Shown here: piece after piece, positions 1-12,859 of the stretch
Layout of the letters: every line of letters begins with the position of its first letter
Position numbering within the stretch: position 1 is the first letter of the stretch
From: Rhina ancylostomus
Taxonomy: Eukaryota
Direction: 5' to 3'
Assembly: GCA_030265395.1 (NCBI GenBank)
Contig: JARFYF010000007.1
Location: 82,836,874 to 82,900,873 of the forward strand
DNA: 64,000 nucleotides
The notes under the pieces: model-generated
What the model saw: the letters and a program-made list of their open reading frames with translations, nothing else
Told to the model about the DNA's origin: nothing
Databases searched by the model: none
Made by a program: the position numbers and the translations under genes

Positions 1-944
1 AGAGAAGGGTTAGATAGATATTAGAGCAGGATAAAATGTTGGGACATTGTGGGCCAAAGGGCCTGTACTGTGCTGTAATGTTCTATGTTTAAAAGGGAAC
101 TCCCTTGCACTTGCAGGAGGGTTATGGAGTGGGGTGGAGTGGAGAGGGAGGGTAAGTAGGTGAGGGAAGTATAGACTGAGGGAACAGAACCTCACAGTTC
201 AAGGTCAGGAATCTTTTCCTCATGCACAGGGCAGTGGGAATCTGGAACCCTCTTGTTTAATCCCCAAACAAAAACTTCTGCAGAGGGCCATGGTCAACTG
301 AAAATTTCAGAACCAGACTTTTGTTGAGCAAGAGTATGAAAAATTATGGAATCCAAGTGAGTCATTGAAATTAAGATGAAGATCAGGGCTGTGACCTAAT
401 TGAACAGTGGACAGGGGTTGCCTCCTTCTGAGCTTATGGGATAAAAACACATCTTTTGATCATCAACATTAAAAGGTCAGAGCATTGATTAGACATTTTA
501 CATCTGTTCTGACAGCTTCATTGTCTTAAAGGCAGATAATATCAGAAGTACTCTGAAGGTGAGAGATTATTAACTTGAAACATTGATTCTCACTCCACAG
601 ATGCTGCCTGACCTCCTGAATTGTTCCAACATTTTCTGCTTTATTTAAGCTTTCCAACATTTGTAGCTTTTTTTTATTGGTTTTCAGTTACTGTTTAATT
701 GACTTCAGTGGATTAAATATCACTGGAGGGCAGTAGACTATGCTCAGGCATTTGTTGGTGACCAAAGATGAATTACTATCAATCTGTAAACAAAAGAGTT
801 GTCACAGGGAGTCAAATGTCTTACATTTTTGGTAAGCTTTACCTAGTTTTCTGATGGAGACAAAGTTAGAATTCATATGGCTTGAAGGCTCTGTCAGTCT
901 TTGCTACGTTGTAGCTGCTTGAGTAATTTTTTTCTCCCAAGAAA

Positions 945-1830
945 TTGTCATAGTCATTGAAATGTACAGCACAGAAACGGGCCTTTTCAGTCCACCTCAT
1001 CCACTGCAACCGTGATGCCCATCAACACTAATCCCACTTGCCCGCATTAGGCCCATACCCCTCTACACCTTTCCTATCCAAGTACTTGTCTAAATGCCTT
1101 TTAATTGCTGTAATTGTATTTGCCACCACCACCCTCCATGTGAAAAACCTACCCCTCAGATCTTCTTCAAAATTCTCTCCTGTCTCCTTGACCCTGTATC
1201 CTTTAGTTCTAGACTCCCCTACCCTGGGAAAAAGACTCTAACAATTTATCCTTTCTATTCTCCTCATAATTTTATAAACCTCTATAAGGTCACCCCTCAG
1301 CCTCCTACCTTCCAGTAAGAACAAACCCAGCCTGTCCAATGTCTCCTTATAACTACAGCCCTCCACTCCAGGCTGTCATAATGTTGAACAAGGAGCAAGT
1401 TTGCAGAGAACCCGAATGCAGCACACTAATACAAGACTGGAGTCAGGATACTTCCTCGGGAAAAACACAGGCAGTAACTGGAAGGAATCTTGCCTCGGAG
1501 ATCAGAAGAGGAATACCAACACGAACTGGATCTTNNNNNNNNNNNNNNNNNNNNNNNNNNNNNNNNNNNNNNNNNNNNNNNNNNNNNNNNNNNNNNNNNN
1601 NNNNNNNNNNNNNNNNNNNNNNNNNNNNNNNNNNNNNNNNNNNNNNNNNCAGCATGGAATCCATGTGCTGGACAACAAGGCATTAATGGAGCCGAATTGA
1701 GGGCCAGAACTCAGAACCATGACACAGGCAGCATGGTGAATCTCTTCTGTACTCTCTCCGTTGCTACCACATCCTTTCTGTAGTGTGGTGACCAGAACTG
1801 TAGACACTTTAGACACAATATGTGGTGCTT
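945..1830 (-). mobile_element. CR1-type LINE 3' fragment, interrupted by solo LTR A
   Basis: Reverse complement of the typical CR1 3' end (gtacagcacagaaac.ggccc..., ataaggtcacccctcagcctcc); sequence resumes after the TSD (..ggtgaatctcttctgtactctctcc..gtggtgaccagaactg). Confidence 0.75.
1374..1724. mobile_element. Solo LTR, copy A, with 5-bp TSD CAGGC; inserted in a CR1 fragment
   Basis: Ends TGTCA...TGACA; CAGGC at 1369-1373 and 1725-1729; both ends are homologous to the reverse complement of 16998-17350; internal N gap. Confidence 0.85.
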
Positions 1831-2319
1831 AAGGTCATTCCACGTCACCTTAAAGACCAGAATGCCAAAGGGACTTTGCTGCACCAAAGCATTGAAAAGA
1901 GCTTTTATTGGAGACTTACTAACATTTGCTCAACTTGCCATCACAGTTTGGTGGTATGGCCTACACAGGAATGTATCATGCATGTATCACCCTGCCTGCT
2001 AATCCTAAATATCTGAATATTCACTAAATGAAGAATAACTTCAGGCACAAAAGGATTCCTCTGGGTGGGACTGCAGTAAAACTCATCAGAATAGGTTCTG
2101 TTCCTTCTGTAATAGAAAGACCTGCATGTGAAAGTGGTGCTTCTGGAGACTGCAGATAACCCAGAGCACTTTCACACAGTGAAGAACTTTTCAAAGTGCA
2201 TTCACTGTTGCGATGTAGGAAACATGCGGCTAATGTGTGCATAGCAACCTCTCAGAAACAGTAATATGAATATAACCAGAGAATCTGTGATTGTTCTAAG
2301 CTTTAAAGGGTACGGGAAA

Positions 2320-2790
2320 GATTCACGAGGACGTTACCGGGACTGGAGGGCTTAAGTTATAAGGAGAGACTGGACAAACTGGGGCTTGTTTTCCCTGGAG
2401 CGAAGGAGGCTGAGGGGTGACCTTACAGAGTCTGATAAAATCATGAGGGGCATAGATAGGATGAATGGCCACAGTCTTTTTCCCAGAGTCAGGGAGTCTA
2501 AAACTAGATGACATAGGTTTAAGGTGAGAGGGCAAAGATTTAAAGGGGAACCAGGTGCAACTTTTTCACACAGAGGGCAGTGGGTATGTGGAATGAGCTG
2601 CCTAAGGAAGTGACAGAGGTGGGTACAGTTATAACGTTTAAAATACAACACATGTATAGGAAAGGTTGAGAGGTATGTAAGCCAAACACAGAACAAATGG
2701 CACTAGCTCAAGTCATCAGCTTGGTCAGCATTGATGAGTTGGGCCAAAGGGCCTTTTTCTGTGCTGTATGACCCTATGGCTCTATGACTC
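2320..2790 (+). mobile_element. CR1-type LINE 3' fragment
   Basis: aggctgaggggtgacct..tataaaatcatgagggg-like RT tail, tttttcacacagagg..tggaatgagctgcc, ending gggccaaagggcct..gtgctgtatgaccctatggctctatgac. Confidence 0.8.
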
Positions 2791-3014
2791 CAATAGTTCT
2801 CCAGTTCTGTTGAAGGGTCCTTGACCTGTAACGTCAGTTCTGCTTCTCTCCACGCTGGTGACAATTAATCTGCTGAGTGCTTCCAGCACTTCCTGCTTCT
2901 GTAACTTGCACTAAGTGTTGGCTAAACATTGATCAAGGCCTGCCCTACGATGGCTTAAATCCATCCAAAGTTGCTTCAGCAAAACTCTGCTCCTTGGGAC
3001 TCCACAAAGGGATC

Positions 3015-3110
3015 CAACCTGAATTATGTGCTTAGACCTCTGGACTGGGATTTCAGCCTACATCCTCAAACCCAGCATCAAGAGTGCTGCACACTGAGCT
3101 ACAGCTGACT
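3015..3110 (-). mobile_element. tRNA-derived SINE head (DeuSINE/SacSINE1-like), degenerate
   Basis: Reverse complement reads gtcagctgtagctcagtgtgcagcactcttg...tcccagtccagaggtctaagcacataatt (A-box-like start). Confidence 0.5.
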
Positions 3111-4269
3111 CAAAATACAACTTGGTTCAATAACTTCTAAAGTGATTAACCAATGAGATGATTTATCCTTTAATTTGGGAGCTTTATGTCACCCTGTGTT
3201 TCAAATTCTGAGATCCCCTTTCTCTCTCCCACAGAGAATGGATTTAAGAGGTAGCTGGATCAGGAGAGAGGAATAGAAGGGGGAGGTAGAGAGCAGTGCA
3301 AGGAAGCTCAGAGAACAGAAGCATAAGCATCGAGCATTTGGCCTGTTTCCATCCTGTGATCTGATGTAACTTGTCGCATCTCAGAGACAGATTTTGCAAT
3401 GTTTAACCAATCGTATCAATGGACTGCTTAAGAATCTGGGATTTTTCTTATATTGATGCAATTGGCCAAATAGCCCAGATTCTCTGTTGTTTCCCCACAT
3501 CTCAATATGGTAAAAGCACCCGAGTGGAGTTGATGGGCATGTGTGAGAGAGGATACATTTCAGGGGCTGGTGGGGTTGCTCTGACAAAGCTGGCGTGGAC
3601 CCAATGGGTCTGTATCATAACAGGTCAGTTCACGGACCCAACGCCTGCTCTCTCTTTTGCCAGCGATGTTAATTGACCATTGACGGTGTGATGGTACTAA
3701 AGCAGATGACCAAACATTTGGTCAAAGGAGAAAGCTCTGAGGAGGGAGAAAGAAAGGACTTGCATTCCTATAGCGCCTTAAATAACCCTTTAATGACATC
3801 CCAAGGTATTTTACAGCTACTGGGATCTTTTGAAGATGCAATATAATAAATATGATAATAACCTTGTCTTGCAGTTTTTCATGTTGGTTGTGGAATAGAT
3901 AATGACCAAGAGTTCACAGAGAAGTCATTTGTTCTTATTCAGTAGAGTGGCATGGGATCTCTAACAGAGGATCAGAACAACACCTCATCCAAAGTCAAGA
4001 ACATGAAAGAAACAGCTAGATTTAGGAAGAGATACAGATCTTGAAGCCTTGACAGCTGACGGTAGCTGCTCAGGAACCACCAGTCACCTGCAAGTGGGCA
4101 GGTTGGACACGCACAGAGATCTTACGGCTTGTAGAGCTGGAGGACGCCCAGTGATTAGGGAGACTAAAGCTATGGAAGGGTTTACAGAACTGGACTGAAA
4201 TCCTATCTAATCTCTCAGGCTGGCATGGAATATTCCATGTGTATGACTGAAGAAAAGCAAGCAAGATCT

Positions 4270-4615
4270 GCCCATACCCTAGTGAATATTTATTCCTCTA
4301 TCAGCCTCACTCAGACAGATGATTAGGTCATCATCACGGCAGAAGCTTGCTGTGCACAAATTGGCAGCCACATTGCTATGTTAAATTAATGACTGTGCTT
4401 TAAAAATACTTCTTGGCTGTGAGGTGCTTTGGGATCTCCAAAGTTCTATAGAAATGCAACACTCTCTGTTCTTTTGTTTCCTTTGTGATACTCCTACATT
4501 ATTGACTGAAATTTATGGAGACTTGCTGTGCACATTTCCCTGCTTTACAACAAGAACTAAACTTCAAAGTATTTAATTATATGAGAAGCCCCTTTGGGGG
4601 CGATTTGTGTTTTGT
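4270..4615 (+). mobile_element. DeuSINE/SacSINE1-like 3' fragments (two adjacent)
   Basis: gcttgctgtgcacaaattggcagccacatt..aaaatacttcttggctgtgaggtgctttggga..ctatagaaatgcaa, and a second gacttgctgtgcaca..actaaacttcaaagta copy. Related pieces occur at ~2170-2290, 7460-7700, 18445-18510 and 23170-23330. Confidence 0.55.
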
Positions 4616-5039
4616 NNNNNNNNNNNNNNNNNNNNNNNNNNNNNNNNNNNNNNNNNNNNNNNNNNNNNNNNNNNNNNNNNNNNNNNNNNNNNNNNNNNNN
4701 NNNNNNNNNNNNNNNTTGTGAAGGGCTCAATTCAAATGTAACAACACAGAGAATACTGGAAAAACTCAACAGGTCAGACAGCATCTGTGGAGACAGAAGC
4801 AAAGTTAATCAGAGTTCTAATGTAAGGTCATCAACATGAAATGTTAATTCTGTTTCATTCATCACAGAAGCCGTCAGACCTCCTAGCTCCAGCATTTTCT
4901 GCTTTTAATTCAGATTTCCAACTCCTGCCAAATTTTGCTTTTCTATATAAATGTAAGCTCTTTTTTATTCTAGTTGATTGTGTTATGATGTTGTCGTTCT
5001 ATTAGAAGATTGGGCTAGTTAAGAGGAATAGGAGAGAAG

Positions 5040-7110
5040 GCCTAAATGGGTATTTTGTGGTCAGCTCGACAGAGTGTCACAGTGCTTACGATGTATTTCA
5101 CTGACTTGGACAAATATTTTGAAGGTGGTTACTAACTTTGCCGAAGACACAAAGATAAGTGGGGAAGTAGGTTGTGAAGGGGACAGACAGAGGCTACAAA
5201 GAGTTAACAGAAGGAACAAAGATCTGGCAAATGGAATATTAGGTGAGCAAATGTTTACAATTGATGTAAGTTATTTTGATGAAAGCAATGAACAAAAATA
5301 TCCTTTTACTTTCCCTAATTACTTGCTACATCTGCATATGAGCCTTTTGTGAATCATGCACAAAGATGCATTTGTCTGTTTAGCCAGGAAGATTAAAAGA
5401 TGAAGCACGTTATGTAAATGGTGAGGGGCGGCAGAGCCTTGAGGTGTAGATGGATCTGGGTATGTTTCTGCATGACACACAGATACATCAAGTAATTAGG
5501 GAAAGTAAAGGATATGTTTGTTCTTTGCCTTCATCCCAATAATTTATATCAATTGTAAAAGGTTGAGGCCCCAGTCCCAGGCCTTGTGGCAGACCACTTG
5601 TGCATCAAAACACATTTATGCCACATTCATTGTATCCAGTTACTGACAGGAATTGAATACGACAGTAGGAATGTTATGCTTCAGCTACATAGAGTTATAA
5701 AGTCATGGAGTTATACAGCATGGAAACAGGCCCTTCAGCCCAACTAATCCATGCTGACCAAGTTGCCTGAGCTAGTCCCATTTGTTTGTGTTTGGCCCAT
5801 ATCCCTTGAAACCTTTCATAACTATGTACCCATCTAAATGTCTTTTAAATGTTGTAATTGTCCTGCCTCTACCACAGCTCATTCCATACACCCACCACCC
5901 TCTGTGTGAAAAAGTTGCCCCTCAAGTCCCCCTTAAACCTTTCCCCTCTCACCTTAAACCTACACCCTATAAAACAAGGTGAGACGACATCTGAGTACTG
6001 TGTCCTTAGTCTCCTTATTTAAAAAGGCTGTCAGCACATTGGAAGCAGTTCAGAGAGAGAGTTTCCTGGAATAATACCTGGAATGGGTATGTTGGTTTAC
6101 GGAGAAAGGCTAGGTTCGTATCCATTGCTACAGATGTCCGGTGGAGAGCATTCTGACTGGTTGCTTCACCGCCTGGTACAGAGGCTCCAATGCACAGGAT
6201 TGCAAGAGGCTGTAGAGGGTTGTAGACTCAGCCAGCTCCATCACGGGCACAACCCTCCCCACCATCAAGGACATCTTCAAGAGAAGGTGCCTAAAGAAGG
6301 TGGCTTCCATCACTGAGGACCCTCACCATCCAGAACATGCCCCCTTCTCGTTACTACCATCAGGGAGGAANNNNNNNNNNNNNNNNNNNNNNNNNNNNNN
6401 NNNNNNNNNNNNNNNNNNNNNNNNNNNNNNNNNNNNNNNNNNNNNNNNNNNNNNNNNNNNNNNNNNNNNNTACCATCGGGGAGGAGGTACAGGAGCCTGA
6501 AGACCCACACTCAACGATTCAGGAACAGCTTCTTCCCTTCTGCCATCAGATTTCTGAATGGTCAATGAACCCACGAACACTATCTCATTATTCCTTTTTT
6601 TGCACTATTTATTTATTTTGTAATTTGTAGTAATTATATGCCTTTGCACTGTACTACTGCCGCAAAACAACACATTTCACAACATAAAAGTCAGTGATAA
6701 TAAACCTGATTCTGATTCTGATTTGGATATTGGAAGAGTGAGAGGGGATTTGATTGAAACATATAAGATCCTGAGGGATCTTAACATTGTTGACTTGGAG
6801 AGGAAGTTTCTTTCTGGGGGAGAATATACAACAAGGGGTCACTTGATAAAACTAAAGGGTTGATCCTTTAAGAAAGAGAGGAAGAGAAACAGAAATTTGT
6901 GAATCTTTAAAACACTGATTCTTGAAACGCAGTGGAAATAAAGTCTTGAGATATCTTTAAGACAGGGGTAAATAGATTCTGGATAAGCAAGGTGGTGAAA
7001 AGTTACTGGAGGTGGATGGGAATACAGAGCAGAGGTTATAAGGATCCAATCTTTGGTAGAGAAGGCTTGAGACCAGGTGACCAATCCTGCCCCTAATTCA
7101 TGTTTGTATG
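5040..7110 (+). mobile_element. Old CR1 LINE RT remnant carrying nested insertions (minus-strand CR1 3' end ~5695-5970; Rex1/Babar-like LINE 6128-6722)
   Basis: FAEDTKISG (FADDTK motif) at ~5137; the host CR1 resumes after each insert; ends with a CR1 tail near 7090-7110. Confidence 0.7.
6128..6722 (+). mobile_element. Non-LTR retrotransposon 3' end (Rex1/Babar-like, DUF1891-type C-terminus)
   Basis: Encodes ESILTGCFTAWY..DPHHPEH..FSLLPSGRRYRSLKTHTQRFRNSFFPSAIR; 3' tail aataaacctgattctgattctga. Confidence 0.8.
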
Positions 7111-10100
7111 TTCATTAAGAAAATGAAAATCTTCAGTATATTCATTGCCTTTGAACTGTAGTTTTCTGTAATCTCCTTCCCACAATTTCTGAGTAGCAGT
7201 TTGTAGTTGACATGTACCACATCTATTAGATGTACAGGATTTTGCTAGGTACTGTTTGACCCTAACACTGCCCTTATCTTTCTTTCTCTGCAAGTATCAC
7301 AAAATCATTTCCATTGTTTCAGCCACCTTATGACTAAAAATGAATGCAGGTTATGTTTAATCAGAGTGACACCAACCCAGAAATAGCAGTACTTGAAAAG
7401 AATATTTGTTCTAACAATTTACAACAATTAATAAGTCCACATCTTGCATAATTCTGTGATTACGGCATAAAAGGTATTAGTTGGAAGAAGTGGAATATGT
7501 ACCAATAATTCATCTCATTGCGTTATTTGTGGAAGCCCCAAGCTATGGAATCCCCTGCCTGCTCCAACCCTTTGACCAGGCTTTCACTCAGCTGCCCTAA
7601 CATTTCCTTAGTGTCAAATTGTGTTTGAAAACGTTCCCACGAGGCCACATGGAACGCTTGCCTGCTTGGAGGCGCTATCTAAAAGCAGCTTCTTGTTATG
7701 GACTATATAATAATCTTTGTGTTTGCAGATTATTTGTTTCGATTTAAGAGAAAGATTGAAGGCAGTGTAAGAGTCAGTGTCATTAATTACGTCAGTTAAA
7801 AGATTGGACCTTGCAAAAACATAAATTGAGAATACACGCTAATCAAAGTGCATTTTAACCATGTTAAATGTCACGCAATTTGTCATATTATTTAAACAAA
7901 GAGGGAATCTTTCACAAGGGACTCAGGTGATAGGCAATCAACAATCTGCATCATTATGGCGTCATGGAACGTCCTTCGAGGTGCTTTATAAATGCAAGTA
8001 GATGTTATTTCATTCCAGAATCTGCCCGCCAAAACAAGAAGCGTAATCGAAAGCGCTTACATTTGGAGAAGTTCAGAAAGGCCAAGGAAGGAAAATTAGT
8101 CTCCAGGAATCGGTTATGATTTTAGACTGAAGCACCTGTCCCAGAGGATTCGGAAAACCTTAGTTAACTATGCGTGTTAAGTGGGCATTTTTCAGTGACC
8201 ACTGAATATTCTGGTGAAATGCTCTTCTCCTTCTGCAGTAATCTCCTATTTCGCTTTTAAACAGACATTCCATATCTACTCTATTAACTTGCACCCGTTT
8301 GCAATATCAGTAACCACTTAATTTTCGTGCCTTCTGACCACGTTTGAAGCGATTTAGCTTAATATACCTTTCCAAGAAAAACCTGCATCGACCAGGTCTG
8401 TGAATTATACAGAATCAAGGAATGCTTGAAAATAAATGGAATAATCCTTGAGGGAAAGAATTAGAGGCGGGAATCGACCAGCTGCCATCCTCCTGTGATA
8501 TTTAGTGTAAAGTTGTACTTTATTTAAAATGGGTAATTTGAAAAAAGCGACAGAGATTCCAGACATGTAGAAAGCAGTCACAGTAATCCTGCGATTACTG
8601 GGGGTGAATGAGGGGAAATGACTCTTCGCAGTCTCATTGTTAATCTCACTGTCTCTCGCTGGATGTCCGATGGTTAAAGATCCCGGTTTTCAACCGGCAT
8701 TTAGACTCAGAGGTGACGGGGTCGGGGAAGGAGTGAAAGGAGGAACAGGAAGGAACATTCTACGATTCAGAATTTCCCGTGTGTCCCATCAAATAGTAAC
8801 ATCTGTCTTGCAATAAGCGAATTATTGGACACCCCCCCCCCATTTATTAATTGGGGTGCGTTTTATTCGGGCGATCTTTAACGAATCCATGAACCTGTAA
8901 CAGCAGAACTGCGCGGTGATCTATAGTCCCCAAACCTGTCCAGTGTCCGGTCAGTAATAATCCAGGTCTCAAATTCGAGTCGTTTTCTCTATCCACCGCT
9001 GACTAACTCTAAACTGATTGGCAATTGTACGGGCAATAATCCAGTTCCAAGTTCCAGGGGTTAGTCAGAAGAAGACAGCGGGAAAACAAGTGAACACCTA
9101 ATGTCAGAAATGTACAGTGCGGAATGATGTTTCATCTTCTAATTAGTTGATGGACTTATGAGATCAAAGGGGATACAACGAATTTAACTTCTACAATTTG
9201 AGCAGCATTTCAGGTTTGGCATATCCATTCATAGCAGGGTTCTTAAAATATATTTTATTTCACTTCGCTGTTGGCAGTTTACCAGTGTGTTACTCGTAAC
9301 AATATATAACAACGTGAATACCTTTAAGTTGTCCAGAGCTCTGTGCTCCCTAATCAAAGCAACTACGCGATTTGCCCTTGTTGACAAAACTAATAATTTC
9401 CAATGTGCGAGAGATCCTGAAATTACTGTTTGGCACTTTCTTTCCAAACTTATTCGTGATTGAGTTACCTGTAATTTAGGGATTCCCCCAGTTCAGGTGC
9501 AGTGGCTGATGTGCGGTATTGGTAACATGTCATTGAACACCGGACGGTCAGATGTCATTGGATCTCCCTACGGTGAAGCGCGGGCAACAAGGAAACCAGC
9601 TCTATTGGTCGGTGCTGGCTGGACCAGGTGGGAGATGTTTGGGAAATGCGTTCAGTGCAAACGCGATTCAGCTGTGAAATTTGGGAAAAAGTTGTTCTTT
9701 ATTTAAATTAAACTGCGTAAGTTGGCAGTGGAGCAGTTTCACCTTCCAGACCAAACATTAGTAACCCACATCCGGACGAGCTTTATTCCATTGCTTATTA
9801 GATGCTCTGGCTGACGTTCCCTATTTTAGGATTTTCTAAACCCATATTTTATTTGCATAACGGATTTATCTCGCTTGATTATGTGTCTCTGCTTTTTTTA
9901 GACGCTATAAACAGTTAAAAATTCTGTGTCGAATTTAAATAATAATTCGATACAGTTATATTCAGAAGGTTTATCTCCTTGTGTCAAAGGGAACATTTAA
10001 TATTGAACCGGAACGTTTGATTTCGGATTTAAATTCCATTTTTATTTTCAATCAGTTTAATCCTGTAATTGTGCGCTTCAAAATTAATAATACAACCTGA

Positions 10101-10309
10101 ACGGGCAGAGTTCAAGAGCGGTGGGACCGAGGAGCAGAATACAATGCATCCGCGAAATCTATTCAAAGGGATGACATTTCGCTACCTGTAACCACGACTG
10201 TCATCCCACCCACTCCTCCCCTGTCGATCTCATCTAATTGAATTATTGTCGTTATTCTAACAATCCTTTATCGATGGAAGTACGAACGTTTTGCAGGCTA
10301 TTTGGAACG

Positions 10310-10880
10310 GACAGCATAGGAGCAGGCCCTTCGACCCACAATGTGCCGAACTAATTAAACTAGTAATTAAATGCCTAACCGAACTAATCCCTTCTGCCTG
10401 CACAATGTCCATATCGCTCCATTCCCTGCACGTTCATCTAAGAGCATCGTAAACCCCTCTATCGTATCTGCCTCCACCCCCACCCCAGGCAGCCCAATCC
10501 AGGCCCCCACCGCGCTCTGGGCAAAAAAANNNNNNNNNNNNNNNNNNNNNNNNNNNNNNNNNNNNNNNNNNNNNNNNNNNNNNNNNNNNNNNNNNNNNNN
10601 NNNNNNNNNNNNNNNNNNNNNNNNNNNNNATCGTAAACCCCTCTCTCGTATCTGCCTCCACCCCCACCCCTGGCAGCACAGTCCAGGCCCCCACCGCTCT
10701 CTGTGCAAAAAAACTTGCCCCATACATCTCCTTTGAACTTTTCCCCGCTCACCTTAAATTCATGACTTCCAGTACTAGATATTTAAACCCTTGGGGGGAA
10801 AATGTCTGTCTACACCTCTCACAACCTTATAAACCATCAGGTCTCCCCTCAGCCTCCGCCGCTCCAGAGAAAACATTCCA
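10310..10880 (-). mobile_element. CR1-type LINE 3' fragment (spans a gap)
   Basis: acagcataggagcaggcccttcgacccacaatg..ccaggcagc..tccaggc.cccacc.ctct.tg..aaaaaacttgcc..caggtctcccctcagcctcc. Confidence 0.75.
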
Positions 10881-11424
10881 AGGGTTGTGTGGAGTCCGTG
10901 GCCGCTTTCATTAATAGCCCCAAAATGTACAGAAGCGTGCAGTGTCGACTAAAAGACACGCACATTGTTTATTGGGCTCCAACCTTATATTTGTTTCCAT
11001 TTCATGACAAGTGGGATGGCAGCGATGGTCTACAGCTGGTTGCAGGATGTGCCCCAGTGATAATCCTACCCCCCAACGGAAATTCACAGTTACTCTCATA
11101 CTTAATTAGAATCCGACCTGTAATTATTCCAGTTTCCGCGACCTTTCCACGCTCATCACCTGGTAGATTATCATAAATCAGTGGAATTCCTGAAACCACC
11201 TCTCTGTCCTCTTGAACAGTCAAGTGGAAGGGAGAGGGACGGCGGCCGGGCTTTCAGATGTTCGTAAACCTGGGTCGCGAGGACTGGAGTCAACACTGCA
11301 TTTGAGATCTTTACTCTTGTTAAACCTCTTTCGTCTGAGGACATTCTACACTAATAGCAGTGAAAAAGATGAAGAGTTAAAGGGAAGTTCTGGCTCCTCA
11401 AAGGCGAGGTTACCTCTTCCAAAA

Positions 11425-11665
11425 TCAGGCAGGAGGTACAGGAGCCTGAAGACCCACACTCAACGATTCAGGAACAGCTTCTTCCCCTCCGCCATCAGGT
11501 TTCGGAACGGTCCGTAAACACTTCCTTGCCATTCCTTTTTTTTTGCACTATTTATTTATTTTTGTAATTCATGGTAATATTATGTATTTGCACTGTACTG
11601 CTGCCGCAGAACAACACACTTCACCTCATATAAGTCAGCGATAATAAACCAGATTCTGACTCTGA
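11425..11665 (+). mobile_element. 5'-truncated copy of the same Rex1/Babar-like LINE
   Basis: SGRRYRSLKTHTQRFRNSFFPSAIR plus a 3' UTR and aataaaccagattctgactctga tail near-identical to 6480-6722. Confidence 0.8.
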
Positions 11666-12859
11666 AGGTGTGTCTGCAGGCCGGGTGAATGGAGTCACAG
11701 CGGCAGTGCCTGGTGCCCTAGTTTTGGGTGTTCTCGAGTACAAAGAGCCGGAGCCTTGCCTGTATTGTTAAGGAACAACCAGACCCCAAATGTTCACCAG
11801 AGAGCAATCGGTGAACACGAGTCAGAAGCAGTCGAGTGATCAAAATTTCAGAATCTGCCTCTGTCTCGGGTTTGTTCATTCCTTGGTTGCAGTGAGAATA
11901 GTTTCTGGGTTCCATTAACGAATTATGAAGCTGTTGTAACCGGTGCCTCGAAAACTCACTCACCCACTAATAACTCCTCACGCACTCCTCCATTCTCCGT
12001 TGTTCACACATTCACTAACATACCAACACACACGTTGACCACCTGCTTTTCTCCACGGATGCTGCCTGGCCTGATGAGTCCCTCCAGCATCAGAGTGTTT
12101 TTCATCACACATAAATAACCTTAGCCACCCATACATCCACTCATTCTCAGACACACAATGTTACACACTCATTTTGATGGCCGGTCTCTGAGATTTGACA
12201 CACACATTAACGTTGATCTTCCAAAACTTACTCTATTCTACAAACACACACACTCACAGACACAGGCGGGCATTCTCACGCACTCACTCGCTGGTTCCAC
12301 ATTCCCGCGCACACCTTTTCTCTCACAGCTGGCGTTAGTTCACTCGCAGAGCTGCCGTGCATNNNNNNNNNNNNNNNNNNNNNNNNNNNNNNNNNNNNNN
12401 NNNNNNNNNNNNNNNNNNNNNNNNNNNNNNNNNNNNNNNNNNNNNNNNNNNNNNNNNNNNNNNNNNNNNNNNNNNNNNNNNNNNNNNNNNNNNNNNNNNN
12501 NNNNNNNNNNNNNNNNNNNNNNNNNNNNNNNNNNNNNNNNNNNNNNTCCAATGCACAGACTGGTTCGAGTATCAAACAGTGGGTTTGCATTGACTCTTCC
12601 CAGCCGGAACCTTACCTCCAGGCAATAAGACGGTGTTCAATTCCTCTGATCCCCCGGGGCGGGGGGNNNNNNNNNNNNNNNNNNNNNNNNNNNNNNNNNN
12701 NNNNNNNNNNNNNNNNNNNNNNNNNNNNNNNNNNNNNNNNNNNNNNNNNNNNNNNNNNNNNNNNNNGAGGCAGGGTCCTGGGAGACAGGGGCAGGGAAAG
12801 GGACAAGGAGCAGATTCTGGGGGAGAGGGGGAGAGTGAAAACATCCCAGGGTAAGAGAG

